The notes: generated by a model not told the origin, from the letters alone. Positions 12,825-22,552 are shown, counted from the stretch's first letter. The stretch is DNA of 64,000 nucleotides from Candidatus Limnocylindrales bacterium (GCA_049520815.1 JBEKPL010000002.1:14654-78653); one strand, 5' to 3'. Made by a program: numbers and translations.

Positions 12825-13772
12825 ATGAGGGTCTTCGTCACCGGTGCCATCGGCTTCGTCGGCGGCTGGCTCCAGCGCGAGCTGGTGGCGGCAGGCCACG
12901 AAGTGGTCGCTGCCCCCGGCCCCGACGCGTTGGACATCACCGATCGCGCCGGATTGATGCGGTGGTTCTCCGGGCCGGACGGTCATCCCGACGCGGTTGC
13001 GCACCTGGCCGGGATGGCCTTCGCTCCCGATGCCGGCAGCAACCCGGCTGAGGCGTTTCGAGTCAACGTGGGCGGCACGATCGCCGTCTTCGAGGCACTC
13101 CGCGAATTGGGCTATCGGCCGCCGGTGCTCGTGTCGGGCTCGTCCGACGTCTACGGCGCCGTTGGTCGAGAGGACCTGCCCCTTTGCGAATCGACCCCGC
13201 TGAATCCACGACAGCCGTATGCGTACTCCAAGGCAGCCCAAGAGGCCGTCGCCGTGGAGGCCGGCTCGCGATGGGGCTTTCCGGTCGTGGTGACTCGCTC
13301 GTTCAATCACAGCGGACCGGGGCAACGGCCGGTCTTCGTGCTGCCCGCCCTGGCGCGACGCGTGGTAGCGGTCAGAAGAGGCGAAGCCCCGGCGATCGTT
13401 GCCGGCAACGTGGACGTGCGGCGTGACATAGGCGACGTCCGCGATGTCGTGCGGGCCTATCAACTGCTGCTCGTCTCCTCCGCCAGCGGCCACCTCGGCA
13501 GCGCTCCAATCGTGGTCAACGTGGCCACCGGCCAGGCAGACTCGATCCGATCGTTCATCGAGCGACTCTGCGCGCTGGCCGGCATCGCGCCCGTCGTCCA
13601 GGTGGACCCGGCGCTAGTGCGAGAGAACGACCCGCCAGAGATCTGTGGTGACGCTTCGTTGCTGGCCCAGTTGACCGGCTGGCACCCGGAGATACCCATC
13701 GAGCGCACTCTTGTCGACCTTCTCGCCGAGGCCGAGACCGAGGCTGAGGCGAGGGCAGGCAAGACCCACTAA
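12825..13772 (+). CDS. rmd: GDP-4-keto-6-deoxy-D-mannose reductase-like SDR (Rmd-like)
   Basis: Motifs 'MRVFVTGAIGFVGGWL', 'YAYSKAA', 'SFNHSGPGQ' and 'VAGNVDVRRDIGDVRDVVRAY' resemble the Rmd family. It lies directly downstream of gmd. Confidence 0.6.
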   Translation: MRVFVTGAIGFVGGWLQRELVAAGHEVVAAPGPDALDITDRAGLMRWFSGPDGHPDAVAHLAGMAFAPDAGSNPAEAFRVNVGGTIAVFEALRELGYRPPVLVSGSSDVYGAVGREDLPLCESTPLNPRQPYAYSKAAQEAVAVEAGSRWGFPVVVTRSFNHSGPGQRPVFVLPALARRVVAVRRGEAPAIVAGNVDVRRDIGDVRDVVRAYQLLLVSSASGHLGSAPIVVNVATGQADSIRSFIERLCALAGIAPVVQVDPALVRENDPPEICGDASLLAQLTGWHPEIPIERTLVDLLAEAETEAEARAGKTH

Positions 13773-13841
13773 CACAGTCGCATCGGAAGTAGCATGCGCA
13801 TTGGAGCGCTCCCCTGGCGTGCCAGCTACGACAGAGGTTGC

Positions 13842-15785
13842 CTACTGCGTAGGCGCCGAGCAGACCTCGAAGGGCTGCGTTCCGACTTGGGCAAGCAGCG
13901 CCTGCCACCGATAGGGTTCCGGAAGGTTGGGCAGGATCATGGCCTGCCCGTTGGCCAGTGCATCGCCGGCACGTCCGTCCAGCAAAGCGGATGGCTGACC
14001 GGCGATTCCCACCAGCAGGACCATGCCGGGCGGTGGCGACTTCAGCCAGATGGCGCGCCGGTCGACGGGTACGGAGACCACTGTGCTGGGCCCTGAAGGA
14101 CGCACCACGCTGCAACTGGCTGAGGTGCCGGATTCGGCGGTGCCATCCTTGACGTCGAGCGGCGGCGCGGCTGCGTCTGAGGGTGGGGGCGGGACGAATC
14201 GGACGGCAGGGCCGAGGAGTCGCACGGCCGTCATGTTGACCGCCTGGCTATCGGCCGCGGACTCCCAGTCCCAGGCCAGCGCCGGCGCTCCAAAGCGCTG
14301 GATGACGGCCAGGTAGTCTCGGCCCGTGAGTTGCGGAATGTAGTCAGGATCGATCCCAATGTCCAAGTCGACGCCGGGGACCGATCTCACCGCCACGGCC
14401 AGGTCCAGTTCGGCCATTTCGGTCGCTCGAATGCCCTTCTCCCCCCGGGCGGCGCCGACGAACTGGCGCATGTTCCCGATCGACATGGGCACGATCAGGA
14501 GGAAGATGGCGGCCGGGACGAGTACCAACCTGCCTCGCCCGATCCATGTGCCACGGTCGAGACCGCGCCCAACGATGCCCGAGATGGTCAGCCACACGAA
14601 AAGCGCAGCCGGGTATAGGTAGCCGGAGCGGGCTGCGTGCTCGACACCGAAAGAGCCGCGGAAGAACGCCTGGAGGCCGTACTCGGCGACGAGCGCCGCA
14701 AAGGCTGCGGCCGCCAGCGGCGCCGGGCGAAGTCCACGGATCACTGCGACCGCTACGCAGGCGCCGGCCGCCGCGAGTATCAAGGTGCCGATCCAGGCGT
14801 AGTGGTCCGGCGGCAGTCCAACGACGCCGCACGTGGCTGCCCCCAGGCCGTACAGGAGCGACTCGGTGCCCCTGACCAGGGAGAAACCCGTCCCGGGCAG
14901 CGCCTGGAATTCGCCCGACCAGATGGCGTACCAGACGCCGTACAGAGCGATTGCAGGTACGGTCGCGAGGAGCGCGGCCCGGTCGCGATGGAGCACTGCC
15001 CACACCACGATGAGTCCAACGAAGATAGGACCGAGGCTCGACGAGGCGACGGCGAACACGAGGGCCAGGACCGCCACTGTGAGATCTCGCCGGCTGTGAG
15101 ATCCGGAGATCTCCCCCTCCGCCAGCAGCAGTCGGTCCAGTGCGAGCAGGCCGCCCGCGGCCGCCAGCAGGTACTGCATCTGGAAGGGCTGCAGCAGGTC
15201 CTCGAAGGCGCTGCCGAGCAGCAGAACAGATAGGCCCGCCATGAGCCCGAGCAACACTCCGGATCGTCGGGCGACGATGTGGTACAGGAGACCGACGCAG
15301 ACGAAGTCCGCCAGCCAGGTGACGAGCAGGTAGGGCAGGTACGTATGCAGCCCGAAGGCGGCGAGCAGTACCTCGTAGACGGCGACCAACGTAGCCAGGA
15401 GAGTGTCGACCTGGGGGGCGAAGAACGAGCGGACGCTGGGATCGGGTCGTTGAACGATGAAGTTCCACTCGTCCTGCCAGAACGTCACCCAGCGAGACAC
15501 GAAGAGCAGGAGCCCCAGCATCGCAATGCCGACCACAACGAGGATCGCGATCGCAAGACGGCGGTCCCAGAGGAGGTCGGGCGAGAGACGACGCTGCCAC
15601 CTCCCCGGGTCGTTCGCTCGCGCAGTCGACGCCGGTTGGGTCACGCTCTCATCCCTCCTCTGTCGTTCTTCGTCGCCAGGCTCCGCGATAGTAGCGCCCA
15701 GCCTCGCCGAGCGGGCAGCGGCACCGTGACCGGGGGCCCATCCGCTATCCTCTTCCCGCCGAAGAGACCCCGTGAGCCTGCTCAT
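13842..15785 (-). CDS. Polytopic membrane protein, GT-C-like (putative extracytoplasmic glycosyltransferase) with a ~200-aa non-membrane C-terminal domain
   Basis: Many hydrophobic helices. 'FWQDEWNF' follows the first TM segment (an acidic loop motif as in GT-C enzymes). The start is uncertain: the first ~60 aa are low-complexity and overlap a repeat element. Confidence 0.55.
   Translation of the reverse strand: MSRLTGSLRREEDSGWAPGHGAAARSARLGATIAEPGDEERQRRDESVTQPASTARANDPGRWQRRLSPDLLWDRRLAIAILVVVGIAMLGLLLFVSRWVTFWQDEWNFIVQRPDPSVRSFFAPQVDTLLATLVAVYEVLLAAFGLHTYLPYLLVTWLADFVCVGLLYHIVARRSGVLLGLMAGLSVLLLGSAFEDLLQPFQMQYLLAAAGGLLALDRLLLAEGEISGSHSRRDLTVAVLALVFAVASSSLGPIFVGLIVVWAVLHRDRAALLATVPAIALYGVWYAIWSGEFQALPGTGFSLVRGTESLLYGLGAATCGVVGLPPDHYAWIGTLILAAAGACVAVAVIRGLRPAPLAAAAFAALVAEYGLQAFFRGSFGVEHAARSGYLYPAALFVWLTISGIVGRGLDRGTWIGRGRLVLVPAAIFLLIVPMSIGNMRQFVGAARGEKGIRATEMAELDLAVAVRSVPGVDLDIGIDPDYIPQLTGRDYLAVIQRFGAPALAWDWESAADSQAVNMTAVRLLGPAVRFVPPPPSDAAAPPLDVKDGTAESGTSASCSVVRPSGPSTVVSVPVDRRAIWLKSPPPGMVLLVGIAGQPSALLDGRAGDALANGQAMILPNLPEPYRWQALLAQVGTQPFEVCSAPTQ
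15714..15769 (+). repeat. Copy A of a duplicated gene-end/spacer element
   Basis: GGCAGCGGCACCGTGACC-ggg-GGCCCATCCGCTATCCTCTTCCCGCCGAAGAGACC. It matches 17830-17896: 17/18 in block 1, and 2 mismatches plus 1 indel over the 35/36-nt block 2. Confidence 0.8.
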
Positions 15786-15859
15786 GTCTGGCGGGCGTGG
15801 GCACGGCCGGCTAGCACGGCCCCGACGCTTCGTAGGGCCCGCGCAGATAAGGATCCGAC

Positions 15860-17845
15860 GTGACGAGCAGCGCCGTGGAGGTATCGCCCAGGCCAGCTGG
15901 AGGGTGGCACCGGCTGGAGAGCGGACTCGCCCACTTGGTTGCTCGTCCCCACTTCCTGGACGGGCTGGCAGCCGTCATCATCCTGGCCGGCGGGGTCCTT
16001 CGGTTCTTCCAATCGACGGCCCTCAGCTACTGGCTCGACGAAGGCTTCACGGTGATGTTCTCGCGTCAGTCGTGGGACCAGGTACTGGGCCTGAACGGTT
16101 CGTACGACACCCACCCGCCCCTGTACTACGCCGTCGTGAAGGCAGTCGCCCTGGTTCTTCCCGAGATTGACGCCGGCCGCTACTTGAGCGTCGTTGCCGG
16201 GACCGCAACGCTAGCCGTCTTCTACCTGCTCGCCATCCGACTCGTGAGCCGCCCTGCGGCGGTGATCGCCGTCCTGGCGGTTGCCCTCTCACCGCTCGCC
16301 GTCTGGTACTCGCAAGAGGCTCGCCAGTATGCCTTGGCCGGGCTTGCGGTCAGTCTGACCTACCTCGCGCTCGTGGCCTTCTACCAGGAGCCCCGGCGGC
16401 GCTGGGCGCTGCTCTACGGTCTGGCGCTGGCAGCGTCCATGTACCTCGACTACAGCGCTCTCTACCCTCTCGCCCCCCAGGTCTTCCTGCTGCCCATCGT
16501 CATCCGCCGACACCTGTGGCGCGCCGGGCCGCTCGTGATCGCTGGGATCGCGGCCGCCGTCGCATACCTGCCATGGGTTCCTCAGGTCCTCTCGACGGTA
16601 CAGACCCTGGGCAATGAGCGAGCATATTTCCTCGAAGCTAACCCGCCGGCCGTGAGGGACAGCCTCCTCTCGATCGTCGGGCTTGCGGGCCATACCATCT
16701 ACCACGCCGGCAGCAAGCCATCGGCATGGGATCGCTGGCCCGGCCTCGATCCCGTCATGGCCGGGCTCGCTGTGGTGATCATCTGCCTCGGCAGCCTCGC
16801 ACTTGTGCGACACCGGTTTGGCCTCGCGGTCGCGCTGGCCCTCTCGGTCGGCACAGTCGCGGCCGGGGCACTGTTCAGCCAGGTGAGCCCCGGATTCGCC
16901 CCTCGAACGGTGTCCTATGCGGTCCTTGGCTGGGCAATCCTGCTCGGAGCCGCGGCCGGCGCACGGGGTCTGTCGCTCCCCTTGCGGACTCTCGGCGTTG
17001 TGGCGGTCTGCGCAATGTTCGCGCTCTCGACCGTGTCGCTGTACGCCGTGTACCGCGGAGACAAGCAACACTGGCGGGACTGGGCGTCCGGCGTTGCCCA
17101 AGCGACTCGCCTGGGGTTCCCGGTCATCACGTTCCCGACGATCGCGCCCACGTTGATCGATGCCTACCAGCCCGGGGCTCTCGCGGGACCGCACCTTTCC
17201 CTGTACGACTCACCCGACCTCGCAGCGGTCGAGAGCTTCGCCAAGGGTCAGTCCGGCCTATGGATCGCCGCCTACAACATCGCTGGGAGCATCAGCATCG
17301 GCCAGAGGCTTACCGATCTCGGATTCGTGCACGTGACGAACGTGCGGTACTGGGATTTCCTTTCTTTGGATCTGTACTTGCGCCCGGGTGCCACGCCAGG
17401 GCGCCAGCTGGACGTGAATGGCGCGTTCTCGGGGTCCGGCAATGAGGCCACTGGCTGGGATCTGAGTCCCGGAGAAGCGACTCTGGCTCCCGGGCCGGAT
17501 GGCCGCGAGCTCACCCTGTCCAATCCCGGCGGCGCCGAGACGGCGGCGGTCTACGACCTGCCGGGCGGACCGTGGCGCCTCTACACACTGACGTTCGAGG
17601 CGGAGTCGCGCCTGACCGCCGGCGGGACGCGTGCCTTCCTCGAATGTGTCGGCGGCGGCAGCCTCGTCAGCGTCGCACCGGATGTGGCCGGACTACAGAT
17701 CGCAGCCGGCGGAGGCTGGCAGACGGTCACATTCAGCGCCCTCTGCCCTGACGGGACGGATGAGGTTCGGATCGACCTGCGTAACGCAGGCACAGGCGAC
17801 CTGGGCCTGCGCGGGGTCCGGCTGTTCGAGGCAGCGGCGCCGTGA
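15860..17845 (+). CDS. Glycosyltransferase family 39 / ArnT-PMT-like GT-C enzyme with C-terminal beta-sandwich (CBM-like) domain
   Basis: 'YWLDEGFTVMFS' and 'THPPLYY' in the first loop region, with more than 10 hydrophobic helices. The soluble C-terminal ~170 aa contains 'NGAFSGSGNEATGWDL..VRIDLRNAGTGDLGLRGVRLFE'. GTG start. Confidence 0.8.
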   Translation: MTSSAVEVSPRPAGGWHRLESGLAHLVARPHFLDGLAAVIILAGGVLRFFQSTALSYWLDEGFTVMFSRQSWDQVLGLNGSYDTHPPLYYAVVKAVALVLPEIDAGRYLSVVAGTATLAVFYLLAIRLVSRPAAVIAVLAVALSPLAVWYSQEARQYALAGLAVSLTYLALVAFYQEPRRRWALLYGLALAASMYLDYSALYPLAPQVFLLPIVIRRHLWRAGPLVIAGIAAAVAYLPWVPQVLSTVQTLGNERAYFLEANPPAVRDSLLSIVGLAGHTIYHAGSKPSAWDRWPGLDPVMAGLAVVIICLGSLALVRHRFGLAVALALSVGTVAAGALFSQVSPGFAPRTVSYAVLGWAILLGAAAGARGLSLPLRTLGVVAVCAMFALSTVSLYAVYRGDKQHWRDWASGVAQATRLGFPVITFPTIAPTLIDAYQPGALAGPHLSLYDSPDLAAVESFAKGQSGLWIAAYNIAGSISIGQRLTDLGFVHVTNVRYWDFLSLDLYLRPGATPGRQLDVNGAFSGSGNEATGWDLSPGEATLAPGPDGRELTLSNPGGAETAAVYDLPGGPWRLYTLTFEAESRLTAGGTRAFLECVGGGSLVSVAPDVAGLQIAAGGGWQTVTFSALCPDGTDEVRIDLRNAGTGDLGLRGVRLFEAAAP

Positions 17846-17896
17846 CCCGTTTGGCCCGGCGGCCCATCCGCTATGCTCTTGCCGCCGAAGACGACC
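17830..17896 (+). repeat. Copy B of the duplicated gene-end/spacer element (overlaps the GT39 stop codon)
   Basis: GGCAGCGGCGCCGTGACC-cgtttggcccggc-GGCCCATCCGCTATGCTCTTGCCGCCGAAGACGACC. Confidence 0.8.
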
Positions 17897-17951
17897 GGGC
17901 CAGCCAGCCTGTCGGTGACTTGTGAAGGTATAGAGGAGACAGGAGAACTGG

Positions 17952-19511
17952 ATGATCGCCCGTGTGAACGTGAGCCTGCTCAGATCCTGGCGATCTCTCG
18001 CGCTTGTCGCCCTCGTTCTGGGGGGCATCGCGGGCGTGTGGCGGCTAAGCGATCGCACACCGACCAGCCTTGCTCTCGCCACCCTTGCCGTCGGCGGAGC
18101 GGGCCTGGTCGCGTTCTTGTCCACGCGGCGCCCGGTGGTCGCGTTCGGGGTCCTTTTCCTGCTCGCCTCGCTGTCCCGGTGGACGATCGACACGCAGCTG
18201 GGCAACATGCGGCTCGAGCAACCCGCGATCGCTGCCGGGCTTCTCGCGATGCTGTATGCGCGCCGGCTGCCCGATCTCGCGACATGGCGACGTCTCCTGC
18301 CGATGGCCGTCGCCTTCATGGTCTACCTGGGAGCGCTCACGGCCTCGTCGCTGCTGCACTCACCGGACCGGGTCGACAGCCTGCGCATGGTCTTCTGGAT
18401 CGGTCTCTCCATGGCCGGCGGACTGCTTGCCTTCCTGCTCTTGTTTGGAGGGGATCCAGAGGGCGGTCCTCACTGGCTGCGACTCGCGGCCGCACCACAG
18501 GCGGCGGCGGGGATTCTGATCGCGCTCCTCTTCTTCTGGCTAGGCCCTGTCATCCTCGCTGGCGGGCAGTATTTGCCCGGCATGGACAACAAGGTCTACG
18601 GCATGTCGTGGGAGGCGAACGTATATGCCAGCCTCCTCGGGGCTGTAGGTCTCTTCGCCATCGAAGAGTCCCGATCCAGGCCGCGGCTGAGGAGCGTGGC
18701 GCTAGTTGCGTTGCTCCTTCTGGGAATGGCGGTGGGCCTGACCCGCGGCGCATACCTTGGGTTGACCGCCGGCCTGATCGCCTACATCGGCGTCATCCTC
18801 TACCGGAGGCAGCGACCGCGCAGCCTGCTGCTCCCGGGCTCGGTCGCCGTCGGGGCGATTGTCGTCGGACTCCTGGTCGCGCCGGTGCTGCTGGACTACG
18901 CTCGCACCCCGACCCAGCCGATCGACCTGACCACGCCCGGCTGGGGCAGGGGGCTTGCGATCGGGCCGTATCTCCTGCCGGGCCTGCCCGGTCACCCCCC
19001 ATCCGGACTCCTGAGGATGGACATAGTCCCGCCCGCCCCGCCTGTCCCGCCGGGGGAACCGAAGCCGCCCCCTGTCGCGCCGCCGCCAACTACCGATACC
19101 ATCGCGTTCCGCCTGGACCGCATACCCATAGCCCTCGCGGACTGGCACGGCGACCCGGTTATCGGCCTAGGCGCTAACTCGTTCGGCCAGAGACACGTAG
19201 ATCTGACCCAGGGTCCAGCAGCTCCCGACCATCTTGCCATTCTCGCCGTTGCCGCCCTTTACGAATCGGGCGTGGTGGGCTCTGTGGGTCTGATTGTCGG
19301 CTTCGCGTTGATCCTGCTGGCACTCTGGCGCGCGTCACGACGGCCCACCACGGGGCCAATGGCCGCAGCGTACCTGGGCTCGCTGGTCTCTCTGCTCGTC
19401 GCCTATCAGGCCACCAACGCCCTAAACTTCTCCCTGATATGGCTCATAGCGGGCGCCGGCCTGGCGATGGTCTTCAGCAAGACGGCGGACAGAAGCAGCG
19501 CACCTGAGTGA
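17952..19511 (+). CDS. O-antigen ligase/polymerase family (Wzy_C-type) membrane protein
   Basis: Polytopic. Contains a 'LLLGMAVGLTRGAYLGLTAGLIAY' Wzy_C-like region and a Pro-rich insert 'PPAPPVPPGEPKPPPVAPPPTTD' in a large loop. GGAG precedes the ATG. Confidence 0.75.
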   Translation: MIARVNVSLLRSWRSLALVALVLGGIAGVWRLSDRTPTSLALATLAVGGAGLVAFLSTRRPVVAFGVLFLLASLSRWTIDTQLGNMRLEQPAIAAGLLAMLYARRLPDLATWRRLLPMAVAFMVYLGALTASSLLHSPDRVDSLRMVFWIGLSMAGGLLAFLLLFGGDPEGGPHWLRLAAAPQAAAGILIALLFFWLGPVILAGGQYLPGMDNKVYGMSWEANVYASLLGAVGLFAIEESRSRPRLRSVALVALLLLGMAVGLTRGAYLGLTAGLIAYIGVILYRRQRPRSLLLPGSVAVGAIVVGLLVAPVLLDYARTPTQPIDLTTPGWGRGLAIGPYLLPGLPGHPPSGLLRMDIVPPAPPVPPGEPKPPPVAPPPTTDTIAFRLDRIPIALADWHGDPVIGLGANSFGQRHVDLTQGPAAPDHLAILAVAALYESGVVGSVGLIVGFALILLALWRASRRPTTGPMAAAYLGSLVSLLVAYQATNALNFSLIWLIAGAGLAMVFSKTADRSSAPE

Positions 19512-19766
19512 ACGCCGCGGCAACGATGGGGATTCGTCCGTTTGCCCTGGAGAACCCCATCGGGCAGGCCGCCCGGCTTGGCGAGACTTGGAGACACCTG
19601 CCTGGGACGGGGAGGCTATCATCGCAGAGGCGACGCAAGCGACGGACGGTTGGCTGCGCGGCTGAAATGATCGTGCCGTAGCACCTACCATGCGCGCTAG
19701 GCGACCGGCGGCAGTCCACGGTTGGGTGTGGTCGCGCGCTAGCAAGGGGTAGAGAAGCACAATCGG

Positions 19767-21002
19767 ATGGCGCACATCCTGTTTGCCGCGATCAACTACT
19801 GGCCGGAGCCCTCCGGAAACGCGCCGTATACCACGGGGCTCGCCGAGCACCTCGCTCAATCCGGCCATCGCGTCAGCGTGATCACCGGCTTCCCGCACTA
19901 CCCGTCGTGGCACGTGGACGCGGCTTATCGCGGTGGCCTGCGCCGACGCGAAGTGATCGAGGGGGTGGAGGTCATTCGGCGCCGTCACTACGTCCCGGCC
20001 CGCCAATCGGTCGTCGGCCGCGGCATGTACGAGGCGACGTTCCTGCTCCACGGCTTGTTCTGCCGCGTCGACCCCCCCGACGTCGTGGTAGGGGTCGTTC
20101 CGAGCCTGAGCGGAGGAGCCCTGGCCCGGATCTTCTCGGCGCGCTGGCACGTTCCGTACGGGGTCATCGTCCAGGATCTGATGGGGCGCGCCGCGGAGCA
20201 GAGCGGGATGGCTGCGGGCGGGCGCGTCGCCGGCGGCGTCTCACGCCTCGAGGGGTGGACGCTTCATCGCGCCCGGGCCGTCGGTGTCGTCTCCCCCTCC
20301 TTCGTGCCCTATCTGAGGTCGCTGGGCGTTCCGGCACGGCGGATCATCGACCTTCCCAATTGGATCGTTCGTCCCGCCGTCAAGGCGAGCGTTGCCGAGA
20401 CCCGTCAGCGCCTGGGGTGGGGCACCGAGCAGATCGTGCTTCACGCCGGGAACATGGGCCTCAAGCAAGGCCTCGAGCAAGTCCTGGACGCTGCGGAGCT
20501 GGCGGCGGCATCGGAGCCCCTCATTCGGTTTGTGCTGCTTGGAGACGGCAACCAGCGGGCGTCGCTCCAGCGAGCGGCGGCCCACCTGCGGAACGTCCAG
20601 TTTCTTCCGAGCCAGCCGGACGACGACTACGCAGCCGCGCTTGCCGCAGCCGACGTGCTTCTCATCAGCCAACGATCGACCGTGGCCGACATGTCGTTGC
20701 CGAGCAAGCTCACCTCATATTGCGTGGCCGGCCGGCCGATCGTGGCCGCGGTCCGCAACGACGGTGCCACCTACCGGGAAATCCAGCGAACCGGGGCGGG
20801 CATGACGGTTCCTGCCGGAGACCCCGACGCATTGCTGCGCGCCCTCGCCAGCCTCAGAAGCGACCCGGCACTGGCGGCCCGTCTCGGTAAGGCCGGAGCC
20901 AGCTATGCAGCGACCGCCCTCACATCGTCAGAGGGCCTGGAACGAGGGCGCAGGTTCGTCGAGAGGCTGCTCGTGCCGCCGCGGAGCGAAACAGCCCGAT
21001 GA
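19767..21002 (+). CDS. Glycosyltransferase family 4, WcaI-like
   Basis: 'ILFAAINYWPEPSGNAPYTTGLAEHLAQSGHRVSVITGFPHYPSW' is the typical WcaI-type N-terminus. Confidence 0.8.
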   Translation: MAHILFAAINYWPEPSGNAPYTTGLAEHLAQSGHRVSVITGFPHYPSWHVDAAYRGGLRRREVIEGVEVIRRRHYVPARQSVVGRGMYEATFLLHGLFCRVDPPDVVVGVVPSLSGGALARIFSARWHVPYGVIVQDLMGRAAEQSGMAAGGRVAGGVSRLEGWTLHRARAVGVVSPSFVPYLRSLGVPARRIIDLPNWIVRPAVKASVAETRQRLGWGTEQIVLHAGNMGLKQGLEQVLDAAELAAASEPLIRFVLLGDGNQRASLQRAAAHLRNVQFLPSQPDDDYAAALAAADVLLISQRSTVADMSLPSKLTSYCVAGRPIVAAVRNDGATYREIQRTGAGMTVPAGDPDALLRALASLRSDPALAARLGKAGASYAATALTSSEGLERGRRFVERLLVPPRSETAR

Positions 21003-21107
21003 AGGGCGCAATGGAGCAGGGGCAGTCTCCTTTGTCGGCGTGCCCCGCGACGGACGAGCCGGAGGCAAGGACATTGCGGCGAGCCTTTTCCCGACGGGAT
21101 TCGCCTT

Positions 21108-22448
21108 GTGACTGACGACGATCTTCAACCGGCAGGCCGGCAAATGAACCCAACTGGCCGTGACTCGGTCCGCGGGTCCACGTCGACAGCAGGGTCGATA
21201 TGGAGTGGTCGCGCGGCTGCGACGCTCGGGTCCGTGGCCACTGGCCTGGCGTACCAACCAGTCTTGATAGTTAGCGGCATCGCCGTGGCACGGCTCCTCG
21301 GCGTCGAGAACCGAGGCGAACTTGCGCTCCTATCGCTGGTGCCCATAGTCCTGTCACAGCTTGGCGGCTTGGGGCTTCCTCTCGCGCTCACGTACTACGT
21401 CGCAGCACGCCCGGAATCGGCGCGCCAGCTGCTCACATGTCTGCGGCCCGTCGTGGTCTGCCAGGTCGCGAGCCTATTGGCGCTGCACGCTTGTCTCATC
21501 TGGGCTCTGTTCTTGGGCTCTTCCTCGGTTGAGGTTCCGTATGCGGCGGCTGTGACCCTGCTCGTCGTTCCTGGGGTCCTGGCTCAGCAATACGGCTTCG
21601 CCATGCTACAGGGCCTCCAGCTGTATCGGGCGTTCAACATCCTGCGCCTTACCCCGGCCGTGCTGTATGCGCTTGGAGCAGCCGTTGCGTACGTCGCAGG
21701 GTGGCGTGATCTGCTCATCGTCACGGTGATCTGGGTGCTAGCGAGCGTCGGGGCGGGCGTCTTGACCATTGTCGTGGCAGCAGCCCGCGCCCGTGAGCGC
21801 AGGCGCGATTCTGAAGTTGATCGGCGGAAGTTGCTTGGGTTTGGCCTCAGGGGGCTGCTCGGCTATGTTTCGCCGGTCGAGACCTTCCGACTCGACCAAG
21901 CGGTTGCGGGCTTCCTGTTGTCGCCGCAAGCGCTCGGGCTCTATGTCGTCGGCGCGGCATTCACGAACCTTCCTCGTTTCGTGGCTCAGAGTGTCGGTAT
22001 GGTCGCGTATCCGGCCGTCGCGAGCCAGCCGACTCGGCGGCTGGCTCGCAGGGAGATGCTGCGGTTCTTCGTCGTTGGTTCGCTCATGGCAACGGGACTA
22101 GTGGCTATCCTGGCAGGGCTCGCGCCGTGGATGGTGCCGTTCTTCTACGGTCAGGAGTTCGAGCCGGCTGTGAGGATCACCCAGATCCTTCTACTTGGCG
22201 CCCTGTTCTTGAGCCTTCGTCGTCTGCTAGCTGACGGACTCGGAGGGATGGGCCTGCCAGGCATCAACAGTGTCGCGGAACTCGTCGGCTGGGTCGCGTT
22301 GGCGCCGTGTTTCCTCATTCTGGTCCCTCGCTACGGACTCGACGGCATCGCATGGTCTGTCGTGATCTCATGGGGCGTGAGTCTTATCGCAGTCGCGATT
22401 CCTGCCATCGCCATCAGTCGCGTGAAGGAACAGGCCGATGGCGCATAG
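21108..22448 (+). CDS. wzx: Oligosaccharide/polysaccharide flippase (Wzx, MOP superfamily)
   Basis: About 12 hydrophobic helices. The 'GIAVARLLGVENRGELALL' N-terminal region is typical of the Polysacc_synt family. Start is GTG 21108 or ATG 21144. Confidence 0.75.
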   Translation: MTDDDLQPAGRQMNPTGRDSVRGSTSTAGSIWSGRAAATLGSVATGLAYQPVLIVSGIAVARLLGVENRGELALLSLVPIVLSQLGGLGLPLALTYYVAARPESARQLLTCLRPVVVCQVASLLALHACLIWALFLGSSSVEVPYAAAVTLLVVPGVLAQQYGFAMLQGLQLYRAFNILRLTPAVLYALGAAVAYVAGWRDLLIVTVIWVLASVGAGVLTIVVAAARARERRRDSEVDRRKLLGFGLRGLLGYVSPVETFRLDQAVAGFLLSPQALGLYVVGAAFTNLPRFVAQSVGMVAYPAVASQPTRRLARREMLRFFVVGSLMATGLVAILAGLAPWMVPFFYGQEFEPAVRITQILLLGALFLSLRRLLADGLGGMGLPGINSVAELVGWVALAPCFLILVPRYGLDGIAWSVVISWGVSLIAVAIPAIAISRVKEQADGA

Positions 22449-22552
22449 CGGGTGCGGCCGCCAGCCTACACTGGGGCCCGTTTCTTGGTTTGCTCACGTC
22501 GGGACAAGGCGTCAGCTCCTCCTGGCCCTACCCGTTATCCGGCCGTGGCTGA

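Noticed and set aside
19512-19766. Hairpins and a GCGCGCTAG direct repeat in the gap before the WcaI-like GT gene.
   Set aside because: The stems are short or imperfect, with no U-tract. The repeat is 9 nt, which is expected by chance at this G+C content.
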